A stretch of DNA of 63,588 bases, the filler included, from Lenisia limosa (Eukaryota; Protista; Breviatea), in the NCBI GenBank assembly GCA_001655205.1. It is 13 parts of 13 records of this genome, joined end to end, with 100 filler letters (N's around TTAATTAATTAA, not from the genome) between each part and the next. Parts side by side here need not be neighbours in the genome. Positions count along the whole stretch, not along the records: positions 48,405 to 53,363 come from LPNZ01006713.1; positions 53,464 to 54,832 come from LPNZ01005843.1; positions 54,933 to 57,998 come from LPNZ01002524.1; positions 58,099 to 60,991 come from LPNZ01007657.1; positions 61,092 to 63,588 come from LPNZ01000884.1; 8 more parts are not named here. One strand, written 5' to 3'. Position 1 is the stretch's first letter. Every line of letters begins with the position of its first letter. Of this stretch, positions 49,660 through 61,109 are shown one piece after another. Both the position numbers and the translations under genes were made by a program. The notes under the pieces are model-generated. The model had not been told where the DNA came from. It was given only the letters and a program-made list of their open reading frames with translations, and did not search any database.

Positions 49660-51389
49660 TATTTGTAGGTATCTAGGCAATAAGCTCCTCCGTCCCGCGC
49701 GTGCATACCTGCCGCCCCTCAGCCTGTTTCTTCTCCGCATAGGCCTGCTCTTGGGCCTTGGCTTTGGACTGACCGCCCTTTTTCCTGCAACAGCATTTCG
49801 CCACTCGCCAAACAATACAGAGAACCTGGGAGATTAAACAAGAACCCGGGTTAACACAACTGAGAACTAGTCAGATACACCTTTTATTTCCAACTCACAA
49901 AAATGATTATTCCACTCCCTCTCACAATATTGACAATACACCCACCCACAATTAGGGGTTCCCTACGGTCCGAAAAAGACAGGTAAAAATCGATATTTAT
50001 CTAAGATTTATCGAAAAATTCAGTCTTATTTGGGATCGTAGGTAGGCCCCCCTTTTTTATCGTAGGGAAGCCCCACTCACAATGATGACGGTGATGATGG
50101 ATGTGCCCGTTGTGATACCTTTCACCAAACTCACAACACTGTTATCTTCTGTCTCTCCTGGGGGGGNNNNNNNNNNNNNNNNNNNNNNNNNNNNNNNNNN
50201 NNNNNNNNNNNNNNNNNNNNNNNNNNNNNNNNNNNNNNNNNNNNNNNNNNNNNNNNNNNNNNNNNNNNNNNNNNTTGATGACAACAAAACAAGTGAGCAA
50301 TTCAGTTTGGGAGTAAAACGAAGGAATTTTAGATGATGAGCTAAGGTAAAGGTGAATTCACATCAGATATTCAATCATCTTAAACCAACAAAGCATAATA
50401 AAAAGAAAAAACAAACATGAACACAGAACGTTGAACAGGCACCAAATCAACAGTCAAAGGCACAAACAAATGTGTAGAGATGAGCAATAAAACAAGGTGG
50501 TAACTGGCCGAAGCCGTCCACACCATCACGTTATAAAGATATTGAACACCCCATCATTTGTCATACAACTCAAAAGGTCATATCCCGCCGAAGAGTCTAT
50601 GTAAGAGGTGATATCAAGATGTTCGTAGCAAAATGACGGGAGTATACCAAAGTGATCTTGATACATAACACCATATAAGTTTAACAGTCATCGAATTATA
50701 CTTAAAAGGGTAATCCAAATGTTCAGAGGAGAAGTCAAATACCATAATTGACATGTGAGATATTTCTGAGGATGAAATTCAGCCAAAGACTTATGGAGCA
50801 TATATTATAGACAAGCACAAACTGGTGATTATTCTGAATGCAGAATAACCACATGCTCCCCATAATAATAGATTCAGCAGAACAAAGGGTTTCAACTAAG
50901 CCTGGTAATAGCTCAACAAACTCATCATCCGAAGCGAGACTTACCCCAGAATTTCATTCAAACGATCCCCATACACACAACGACCAATTTGTGTCAAATT
51001 ATTCAGCAACCCAAGTCCCTGATCCTCCCAAACCAGGACAGAGATCGGAGTNNNNNNNNNNNNNNNNNNNNNNNNNNNNNNNNNNNNNNNNNNNNNNNNN
51101 NNNNNNNNNNNNNNNNNNNNNNNNNNNNNNNNNNNNNNNNNNNNNNNNNNNNNNNNNNNNNNNNNNNNNNNNNNNNNNNNNNNNNNNNNNNNNNNNNNCC
51201 TCACCTTCGGTGACATTGCACCATCCACATGATAGACTCGATTCTTCCAAACAATCAGAGCAAGTTGTGTGAGAAGAACAGTCCTGGGCTACATATTTAT
51301 CAGTTACCCCGGCAAAAAATAATTTTCCTACCGTCAGCTGCCCAAAATAACAGCAAAAGAAGCCAAAGAACAAGGTTAACGGCCTTCAT
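49660..51389 (-). CDS. Single-pass membrane protein with a PSI domain (PTTG1IP-like architecture)
   Basis: Signal peptide MKAVNLVLWLLLLLFWAADA; PSI motif CSSHTTCSDCLEESSLSCGWC; transmembrane segment GITTGTSIITVII|VLCIVW followed by CCCRKK and a charged tail. Confidence 0.68.
49953..50075. mobile_element. Family A MITE, CCCTACGGTCC subfamily, with a duplicated right end
   Basis: Runs TAGGGGTTCCCTACGGTCCG...CGTAGGGAAGCCCCA; flanks CCCACAAT and CTCACAAT match at 7 of 8 positions. Confidence 0.78.
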
Positions 51390-51621
51390 CTTTGGCCTAG
51401 TCCATTGAGAGGCCAACTTCAATTCACCAAAGTCAGAATTACGGAATAATGTAGAGTATATAATAGATGGTTCAGTAGGTAGTTATTTATGCTTTTGCGG
51501 ATATGCTGATATTTTTTTCCGGTGGAATTTTTAATGTTCCGGCACGGGTACACCATAAGAGGAAAAAACATTTCGTTTTGGATGCTTTTCCACTCTGTTA
51601 TTTTGATGCTAGTGTATTAAA

Positions 51622-52250
51622 ATGGGAGATATTGAAGAGGAATTGAGACCAAATGGTGGTTTAAGTAAGTACGCCTATGACAACAATCTTGATAAGGCCC
51701 GTCGCTGGATAGCAAGGAAACAAGCACAGTATCCTGATGTAGATATTGTAAATACTGCCGATTCTGGCGGAATCACAGCTCTTTCTTGGGGTAAGTTCGA
51801 GGCTTTGGGACCCTACCCGATGCAATTTGACTCCCTTCAGCTTGCGATCAAGGTCACACTGAGATGGTAGAGTTTTTAGTTTCAATGGGCGCAAACCCCG
51901 AAATCCCGAATTCAAATGGCGGACTTCCCCTTCTTGCAGCAGCTACAGCCAAGCAGCCTGGCGTCATTAAGCTTTTGATTGAACGCGGTAGGTAGTCATT
52001 GAGGCTTATTGGCTTTTCAGGCTGTAATATCAGAGTTACGGACATCGAGAAACGGTCAGCTTTCCATTTTGCGGCGTACAACGGTTTGTAGACCGAACCA
52101 GTGGCGGTTTTGACAGTATTAGGTGACCTTCAAACTGCGTATTTGCTTCACCAGGCTGGTGCCCCCTTCGATCAAGCGGATTCTGAGCTGAGGTTTGCCC
52201 TGGTGTCCTTCCGGATTGCCTGATAGCTCCCCCATTGGTATTGATTGTTT
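51622..52250 (+). CDS. Ankyrin-repeat protein (3' end uncertain)
   Basis: Spliced GITALSWACDQGHTEMVEFLVSMGANPEIPNSNGGLPLLAAA...VIKLLIERGCNIRVTDIEKRSAFHFAAYNGDLQTAYLLHQAGA gives three ankyrin repeats. Confidence 0.9.
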
Positions 52251-53463
52251 TGTTGAGAGGGGAAGGCGTGAATGAGGGAAAGCGGGTTTGGAGGACTTAC
52301 TTTCATTTTTTCTGGGCTTTTCTATGGCTCAGACATGCATTCTCTGACGTTTTTAATGGCCGGGTCCTTAGTAGCACGATATTTATTTGATAGAAGTTAG
52401 AGCTAGATCAGCATTGTTGTATTACGAAAGAGATTGTTTCGTATTGATCTGAAAAAGGTGTGGCTGGCGGTGATGTAGAGTTTTACATTGCTGAGTGGCC
52501 TTCCTGCATAACTCCGCTTCCTTTGATATTGGTGTTCTTCTTGGGGCTGTCATATCCGCTATTTTTCAAATAAATAATTTCAATGTGATATTGTCAATCT
52601 GTCAATTCTCGATATGATATGTATAAGGGGAAGAGGACGAAAAATCTCTGACCCACAAGGGATATTATCTTATTTAATGTGTTGGCTTCTCTGGCTGGGG
52701 GTTAACCGCTAGACTGTTTCAAATATATATTTTCATATAGGTGACCATACATGAACGCGAACACTTACATGAACGCGAGCGCTTTTTCATTTTTCGAATA
52801 AACCCGGGTTTTTCAGTCAAAAGTGTTTCAAAATCATAAAATTGAGTAACCACCAGATCAATAACGTCAATACACTACATTACACTGCAAACAACATCAG
52901 AATATTTCCAGAGGATGAAATCTGTCACCTAAAACGGGGTTATTTTACTAAGAAAATGAAATTTTTACTTGCCACCTTCGCAGGTGGTATACATGCCAAT
53001 GTTGAATCGTTGGATTACTAAATCGTTATCCTGGTATTGAAATTTGGAAATAGTATAAAATATGATGTCGGAAGGGGAGTGGTATGAGGGGGATCCGGAG
53101 ACTGATTTTCTCTCTCTTCCCAATTCAGTCTTTTTTATACATATCGTATTGATTGAGAGCATAACCTGATTTTCATGACCCTGTCTTTGTTTTGTCTTTA
53201 GTTCCTAACATGTGTTCACTTTTTAATATAAAGCCGATTTTCAATTTAAAGCCATGTGACTTGCTCAAGGCAGGCACCTCCCCCCCCCCCCATCTTAAAT
53301 AATCCCAGAACACCCCTTCATTGGTTGCTTAATTCCCTCTCATGCGCCCAGAACACCCCTTCANNNNNNNNNNNNNNNNNNNNNNNNNNNNNNNNNNNNN
53401 NNNNNNNTTAATTAATTAANNNNNNNNNNNNNNNNNNNNNNNNNNNNNNNNNNNNNNNNNNNN

Positions 53464-54702
53464 TGCCTTCTTGGGTGGCGGCGGTGGGATGTGCAGGGGT
53501 TTCGTGAGGTGCTTGAAGTACTTCTTCCGGCTTGACTCCGAGGCTGTTTTTAGCTTTGTGCACTGGGGAGTAAGAGTAATTGGAAAAAATTAAGAAAAAA
53601 AAAATAATAATAATAATAAAAAAAAGACTACATCAAAGGTCAGAATAGTCTTAACAAGAAGCCGACCGAATGAGTGAACGCAGTCCTGACTTCCTCAGGC
53701 ATTTTACTCAGAGAATGGGAGGACGTTGCGATGACAAGAACAGGGGCCATGTGGTCAAGGGAGTGAAGAAGTTGCATCAACGTTCGATGGAGGTACTCGG
53801 CTGGGGGGTAAGTGTTTTTGTTTGGACAATAAAAAAAAATAAATATAATTAAAAGTTAGAGATGGAGAATCTGTTAGTGGGGTGAAAAGAAGTAAAAAAA
53901 AAAGGTGTGGGGAAAAATGATATCCTATGGAAAGTTTAGAAAATAAAAAAGAGCCCAAGCAACTAACAGAGTGGGCGCGTAAGCTAATTTGTTTTTAGTA
54001 TCCCTCTCTTTTTATTTATTAGTTTCCCTAGCTTTCTAATGTTTCCATACTTGGGTTTAACCCCCTCATATCCTTATTCAAAACCCTTTTATTCTGTGTT
54101 TACCTCTCCCACTCATTCAAATTCTTCACATTTCACCCCCCCCCNNNNNNNNNNNNNNNNNNNNNNNNNNNNNNNNNNNNNNNNNNNNNNNNNNNNNNNN
54201 NNNNNNNNNNNNNNNNNNNNNNNNNNGGATCTGAAGAGGTGAGCGGTTTATTTGTGTCAGAAATAACATCAGTAACAGTATTAACATTACTAACCCTTCT
54301 ATTACAGTAAGGAATATGAGTAATAAGCACTATTAGCAGTATCAGTAATCAACAGGAACAAATTATAAAGATAAAACTTGCTTTACTAATTGGCATTACC
54401 AACTTAAGTTACATTATTACGTCCTATAACAATAACAGAAGGTTAGAATAAAAACTATTCGCAGTAACAAAAAAACTGCTCAACATTAGTGCTATCTATT
54501 ATTTACTTAGTTTTAGCAACACAGCCATTATTAGTAACACTAACAGAAATAACATAAGCACCAAGCATTCGTAGTATCAGTAAACAACATTAGTGACATA
54601 ACAATAACAACCACTAATAAAATTAGACACGCAACCTGAATCACCTTTTCACTGCCCCGTTCCAGAGTTGTACCAGGACTTCTTCGGGCTGGCCGGCTTG
54701 GG
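53464..54702 (-). CDS. ATAD2/Yta7-like AAA+ ATPase, fragment of the second AAA domain
   Basis: PEEVLVQLWNGAVKR, LLHSLDHMAPVLVIATSSHSLSKMPEEVRTAF and SRKKYFKHL..P..PPP parallel ATAD2 (PEE.C.Q...EAKR; LL..IP..APVLLLAT......LPEEV..LF; ER.KFF..L). Confidence 0.7.
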
Positions 54703-54832
54703 CTATGGGGGTAAGATTGGAAAATTTATGAAACAAAAAAAAAATAAAATCAAAATAATAAAAAAGAAGCCCGAAATCAACTCTGTTGGCTGACAACGCA
54801 CAAGAGTTGAAAGCAACAAAACAAACAAAGCT
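54703..54832 (-). repeat. Family C dispersed repeat forming an intron 3' end (representative copy)
   Basis: Transcript-sense GCTTTGTTTGTTTTGTTG...CAGCCAACAGAGTTGATTT.GGGCTT...GTTTCATAAATTTTCCAATCTTACCCCCATAG runs directly into an exon. Other copies are at 1-70, 838-893, 4250-4336, 15170-15213, 25526-25625, 27655-27725, 28213-28311, 30155-30200, 41530-41560 and 61092-61115. Confidence 0.8.
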
Positions 54833-54979
54833 NNNNNNNNNNNNNNNNNNNNNNNNNNNNNNNNNNNNNNNNNNNNTTAATTAATTAANNNNNNNNNNNN
54901 NNNNNNNNNNNNNNNNNNNNNNNNNNNNNNNNTGGTTCTTAAAGACGTGATTATTGTAACAGCCCATCCACCTGCTCGT

Positions 54980-57358
54980 TCTTGATCTTGCCTTCAAGCT
55001 CCTCCGCCTTGGCTTCGGCTGTATCGCCTCTGCTGCGCGCATTACGCAAATCACGCTCAAGCGTCTCGTTTCTGCACCGTGAACAAAACAATAACAGGTA
55101 GTCGGAAATAAAACAAGGCAGTATCTAGACGAAGTTATGGACATAAATATAATATTCTGGCTGAAACGAAATTGGCCAACAATCCATAGGTGGAGTATGC
55201 CTTGAGTCATACTTTGTAGAGCATCACAAAGTCAAAGAATGAAGAGAAGAGGGAAGTGAGCGAGTAAACAGAAGGAAGAACCCCCCCCCCCACTTCATGT
55301 TGGCTTGTTCAGAAGCGGAGCTGTGGGCTGCGGCTTTAGCAGTGGTCGTCTCTTCCTTATCTTCGTGTGATCTGAAACAGGTCAAAGAAGAAACATCTTT
55401 GTATATATATATATAAAAGGCGAAGTAACACGGGACACAAGAAACTGCGTGATACCCCAACCTGAGTTGAGCCTGGAGCTGCTTGATTTTGGCCTCAGAG
55501 GAATTGAGTTGTTCATTGAGGGCCTTGTGAATAAGAGGATGCTATGCAGTCTCATCAATTTGAAATAAAGTCTCGCATTCAGTTCTCAGAGAATTCTGAA
55601 TTCTCGATAACTTCTCAATTATCAACCAAAAGCGAAGCTCTTTCACTGAAAGGCAAAACACTATTTCGTCCAGCAAGACAACTCTATCAATCAGGCAATC
55701 AAACCTGTCATATGCAAGCTAAATAGAAACAAGAAATAAAAGGGCAGTGTGTCAGGCCAGCGCCTTCCAGGCTTCACTTCGGTTCGAAAAAGACTCGTTA
55801 AATATCGATAGTTTTCCAGGATTTATCGAATTATTCAGTCTTTTTTCGAACCGAAGTGAAACCCTAATCATCACGATAAGAGATATTGGAAAATACCAAA
55901 TCTCACATTGAACTTGTTTTCGAGATTCTGCGCTTTGGTCTCCTCCTCGGCAACACGGTCTTCGGCCACGCGCAGTTTGCGTGAAAGCTCTTCAGCGCGC
56001 GCATCCTGATTGGAAATAAACCAGAATGTCTGAAATCAAAAAGAGAAACGCAGGCTATACCCATAAACAGTCTATCCCAAAAGGCGTGAATGTTAAGGGA
56101 AAATATTAAACCAAAAAAATCGGTTAGTAAAACAATCCATTATTTCTTTTATCAACAACATTTCTTCATATTTCAGGGAGGAAATGGGATCTACGCATGG
56201 AGACAGTTCGTCCCCCCTCCCCCACGGTGTTGGTGTTGCTTCTGGGAGTGGAAGCAGAAGTGTCAACGGCTTCACTGTTGTTCAGTTGAGCCTCAAGGGA
56301 CTTGATCTTGTTCTCGAGAGCGTTTACCTTGTCCTAGGGCGATCAGCCACGGTTGCATTGTATAATGTACAGAAATGAGATAGAAACAAGGTTGTATCAA
56401 GCCGAAGCCGTCTACACCATCACGTTTGGCAGAGATAATAGCTAGAGTAGCACTAAAACGGGAACGGAGAATGGGGTGCGGTAAATTGCTTGTTTGTGAA
56501 TTGAACCCGGACAGAATGTGTAGAAACATGAAACCAACCTCAGAGGCCTTGAGGGATGCGGCCTTGGCTTCAGCAGATTGCTCGGCGGTCTCAAGGTTGC
56601 CTTCCACAACCTAATATGTCAACGGCTGTGAACAAATAAACAAGCATGAAAATTCTTTGTGATGGTAGTCAAGAAGTTCAGTCCGCAACTAGAAGCGCAA
56701 TACTGCAGAGCATTTGTGTTTGGAACTGTTCAACTTTGCGCAGATATTATGGTGACATATGATATTATGATATTACTCGCCTCCCCGAAGCTGAAGAACC
56801 ACAAACCTTCACACGACGTTGGAGCTCACTAACTTGCTTCTCCATTTCAACCACCTACAAGATCACAGAAGTTGCAGGTGGGGCTGATCTTAAAAAGGGA
56901 ACAAACTAACCTTCGCGTTAGCGGTCACAACTTTCCTCTCAGCTTCCTCAGCCTTGGTTTCGAACTCCTCAGAGGATGCGCGGAACTAAGGGGAATTAGA
57001 AAAATTGGTGAAACCAATGTATACCTTAGAAGCGTTTCTCATGGCTTCGTCAGCTTGTGTTTCATTTTGAGCAGCCTTAGTCTCGGCAGTAGCAGCTCTA
57101 GTTTCAGCCTTACTGATATCAGTTTCAAGCATTTGGATTTTGCGGCCTGCATCACCAATTCTAGAGTATATTAAGTACAAAAAATAAAAAAAGAAAGAAC
57201 TTCTGTTCAGGGAAAACACCCACTGTTTCTCCGAAGCCTCGTTCTTCTCTTTGAGCACCACAATTTCGGCTTCAGCAGCTTTGCACTTCTCCTCAGAGGC
57301 ACTACAAGGTCAAAACTTGCAAAGGCACATACCTCAGCTCGTCCTTGAGCGCATTCAT
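54980..57358 (-). CDS. Tropomyosin-like Ala/Glu/Lys-rich coiled-coil protein, 3' truncated
   Basis: About 10 exons give MNALKDELSASEEKCKAAEAEI..., RKIQMLETDISKAETRAATAETKAAQNETQADEAMR, KAEEAERK, ELQRRVKVVEGNLETAEQ and LERDLRNARSRGDTAEAKAEELEGKIK. The coiled coil is secure; tropomyosin homology is tentative. Confidence 0.55.
55768..55866. mobile_element. Family A MITE nested inside a family D repeat
   Basis: Near-perfect inverted repeats GGCTTCACTTCGGTTCGAAAAAGACT and AGTCTTTTTTCGAACCGAAGTGAAACC; family D sequence continues on both sides. Confidence 0.8.
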
Positions 57359-57639
57359 TTTCTTTTTGATAACCTCCATTATGACCTTTTCTTATTCAAA
57401 AATGGCAAAACTTGTTGTTCTGGTTGATTCCCATTTATTTTATATACTTCTTTTTCCTGGGGCAGAAACTAGGAACGGAGTTACTCTGCACTTCGTTGCT
57501 ACATTTTGCCTTTTTGCAGCCCTTTTGTGCCCCTTTTACCTTGGGTGAAGTGATATAGTGATATTATACCACGATATACGACGAAAAAAGAAAACTAAAT
57601 AGCGCATCAACAGAAAACCAGCAAGCACTTTTGAAGGTT

Positions 57640-57910
57640 TGATTCTAAGATTGTGTTCCTCTTTTTTTGTCCAATTCGAAGATTGTGTTCCTCTCTTTGT
57701 CCAATTCTAAGATTGTGTTCCTCTCTTTTTGTCCAATTCTACGATTGTATTCCTCTCTTTTTTGTCCAATTCTAAGATTGTGTTCCTCTCTTTTTGTCCA
57801 ATCCTAAGATTGTGTTCCTCTCTTTTTGTCCAATTCTAAGACTATGTTCCTCTCTTTTTGTCCAATTTTAAGATTGTGTTCCTCTCTTTTTGTCCAATTC
57901 TGTGTCATTT
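57640..57910. repeat. Tandem repeat of about 33 bp (ttctaagattgtgttcctctctttttgtccaa), about 8 copies
   Basis: Head-to-tail units with no unique spacers, about 280 bp upstream of the tropomyosin-like ATG. Confidence 0.92.
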
Positions 57911-58129
57911 TTTGTCCAATTCAAAGCTCAATTGCTTTTGCGATTGGTAACTGTGGGGAAGAAGTCTAAAAACACTGATGCATATATTCCTATTACCCNN
58001 NNNNNNNNNNNNNNNNNNNNNNNNNNNNNNNNNNNNNNNNNNTTAATTAATTAANNNNNNNNNNNNNNNNNNNNNNNNNNNNNNNNNNNNNNNNNNNNAG
58101 GCACAGTCCTGGGCCTCCTCCTCCCCACA

Positions 58130-60376
58130 GCGGACCTGACATCTGTCCAAAGAGTCCTTTTCTCGGTTGTCAAGATCCCGGGCGCTTCAGGTGGGTTGTC
58201 GTCAATGTGGTTTTTTTCACCCCCACCTTAGCATATTTTACTCCTACCCCTCCCCATTTGCAATTCTATTTCTGCCTATGCATTGATCATTCAGAGTACA
58301 CGGCCCTCTCTTCGGGCTCGCTTTCATCTCCCTCATCCGAAGTCGTCATCACCTCCGCGGTTAACGATATGTAATAGGGGTAGGGCTTTTCTTTGGTCCA
58401 AATTAAGAATTTCTCAAAATATCGAGATTTTATTTATTATTTTTTGTCACGAATTGAACACCTTATTCAAAGCCTGACACTTTAGTTTTGGGGAGTTGAG
58501 TAGTTTGAACTTCGATTCGTCTGGAACTTGGACTGCACCTTCAGATGGTCTCTATATTATCGGTTGGCGCTTGGTTTTTTTAATCTCATGTATTTCAGCA
58601 TTCTTCTCGACAGTAGCGTTATTTCTTGTTTTTCAACACCCCATCCGAATGATATCCCTTCCAGGATAACTAATTATCCAGGTTTCGGATACGAAAAGAC
58701 TGAAACAGGTCGGATCATCGGCTCAATTAAAATCAATGGTCAAGGTCNNNNNNNNNNNNNNNNNNNNNNNNNNNNNNNNNNNNNNNNNNNNNNNNNNNNN
58801 NNNNNNNNNNNNNNNNNNNNNNNNNNNNNTCCTAATAGTTTCGAATATGTATGTATCTGGGGAGAAACACTCAACAATCTCTGTACACAAAGTTAAGGCA
58901 AATGATTGGGTGACTACATTTGTCTCATATACATATAAACGTGATAGTGTCTTATTCCACATCACTCTGCTCACCTTTGCAGGAGCATATAAAAACGAGG
59001 GCCAAAACGAGCTTGAGGTTATGGACTCCACCAACAAGGGTCACCTCTACCGCTGTGGGTCTTTTAACAAGTAATTAAACTTAATGTAATAGAAGGGGTC
59101 TTTTTCACTAGGAAATATTTGTAATGCTAGTTAAAGGGGAATTTATGAGACAAATGGTATTCATATGCGTGATTTTTTCCTGATTCATATCTCATTTTTG
59201 CACATGTTACGGTTTTGCATCCCCATGTATTTTTATGTATCCGTAGATTTAGGTTGATTTCATGTAATATCCACAATATTTGTTGTTCTCAGGCACCCAG
59301 GTACCACGTTCACAATGTACCTACATGATGGGGATGAGGTCAAGTTCAACCAGCACTCCAGCGGAGGTTCCGTTGGAAATGCCGAGGTTAGTAATGATTT
59401 AGTCATGATAAGATAAGTGATGTTTAAGTCATGATAAGATAATGGATTTTGCTTGATATGCGATTTTGTCTGTAGATTTTCTCATTTTCTGACCCCTATC
59501 AGTCTCTGGAGTTCCATGCAGTCAAGCTGGACAACTCCCGTTTGCTCGGTAATGGGGTTTTTTTCGAGTGGAACCTTATTCACCTTCATTGTACTCAAAC
59601 CAATTCTTTTTCATGGACTTCTGATTTGTCCCCCCCCCCCCCNNNNNNNNNNNNNNNNNNNNNNNNNNNNNNNNNNNNNNNNNNNNNNNNNNNNNNNNNN
59701 NNNNNNNNNNNNNNNNNNNNNNNNNNGGATTCCCAGCATCCAATATCATCGCAAAAGACGGAGTCAACTTACACACGTGAGAATGGAGGGAGGGAGGGGA
59801 GGGGGGGCATAACCATGGTTAGTTTTTACTGAATTATAGATCAAGACTTTCCATTGTCACAAAAAGGAGCATAAAATGATAATAAAAACCTGGTATAGTG
59901 GGCTTTTATTACCAATCCTTTTTGTTTTTTTCCACATTCTCATTGTTTGCCTTGCTTATCGACGTACTCATTCATTTTCCATTTGTACCACTTCTAACCT
60001 CCTGCAGATGGCTGACAGACTTTGTGGACAGCCCCCTTGTCAGTGCACCCAACGAAATGTCCAACGTCACAGTAGCTGCCACCGGGCTCTATATGGTGTC
60101 TGTCCTCGGCAACTCTCCAAAAGCGTGGGTGTAGTGTTGGGAAATTCCATGCCATTGTTGAGGCAAACAAGAAGGGACTTACTTCAAACACAGAAATAGG
60201 TGTTCATTTGTGAATATATCCACAACAAAACGAAGAAAACACCTGAGATTATCTGATTCCTGTGTAGTGTGACCGACTATCTCGAATTAGCACTGGACAT
60301 TCCGGGGGAGGCTACGACATTTGTCCAGATCACTACTTTTGACAGCGCTGGTGTACATGCTGATGACTGTTGGAGA
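58130..60376 (+). CDS. Extracellular-type protein with C1q/TNF-like beta-sandwich motifs, fragment
   Basis: FDSSGTWTAPSDGLYII, TFTMYLHDGDEVKF and VTVAATGLYMVSV resemble the C1q-domain motifs FD..TG.FTAP..G.Y.F and L.L..GD.V. Confidence 0.5.
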
Positions 60377-61109
60377 NNNNNNNNNNNNNNNNNNNNNNNN
60401 NNNNNNNNNNNNNNNNNNNNNNNNNNNNNNNNNNNNNNNNNNNNNNNNNNNNNNNNNNNNNNNNNNNNNNACACAAATGTCAGCTGCATCCTTGTAGTTA
60501 TTAACAGAAATAATATTAATAGAATCCATGAGCAGGATCTAACACCACACTAGTTTTCTCGTCAGTCTTCCACCTCCCTGCCGGCACCATGGTTTCCTTT
60601 AGCCACTCCACGGCCATCCCCTCTCATGTGAGCTTAATGAAATCGGGTCCTTTTACAATTTTTTGATTTCTTTTTTCAAATTTCAAAAATAAACATAAAC
60701 GGCCGAAGAATGCAGCAGAAAGAAATGGGCATCAATGATTGTCACATGCTTTCATTTCTTTTAACTTTATTCATCATTATTATTATTATCATTTTGTTGT
60801 TAGTCACCCTCATTTCTTCGTATTTATTCTTTTAGATTATTGTCGCCCCGTTGTCCATTATTCAGTAGAGTGGTAGATGCTATGTATCTTTGTATCCGCG
60901 TAGAGCCACGTACTGAATATCCTGAAACTGCCAAAATAAGTGGAAAAAAAAAAAAAAAAAAAACTTTGCTCTTTGCTCACATTTGCCAAGGNNNNNNNNN
61001 NNNNNNNNNNNNNNNNNNNNNNNNNNNNNNNNNNNTTAATTAATTAANNNNNNNNNNNNNNNNNNNNNNNNNNNNNNNNNNNNNNNNNNNNACAAGGGTT
61101 GATAACAAC

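Noticed and set aside
54230-54620. Degenerate aacattagt/agtaac-rich tract
   Set aside because: It is low-complexity intron sequence in the ATAD2-like gene with no ORF or discrete repeat unit.
57640-57910. Possible CRISPR array
   Set aside because: The units are contiguous with no unique spacers, there are no cas genes, and the context is eukaryotic.
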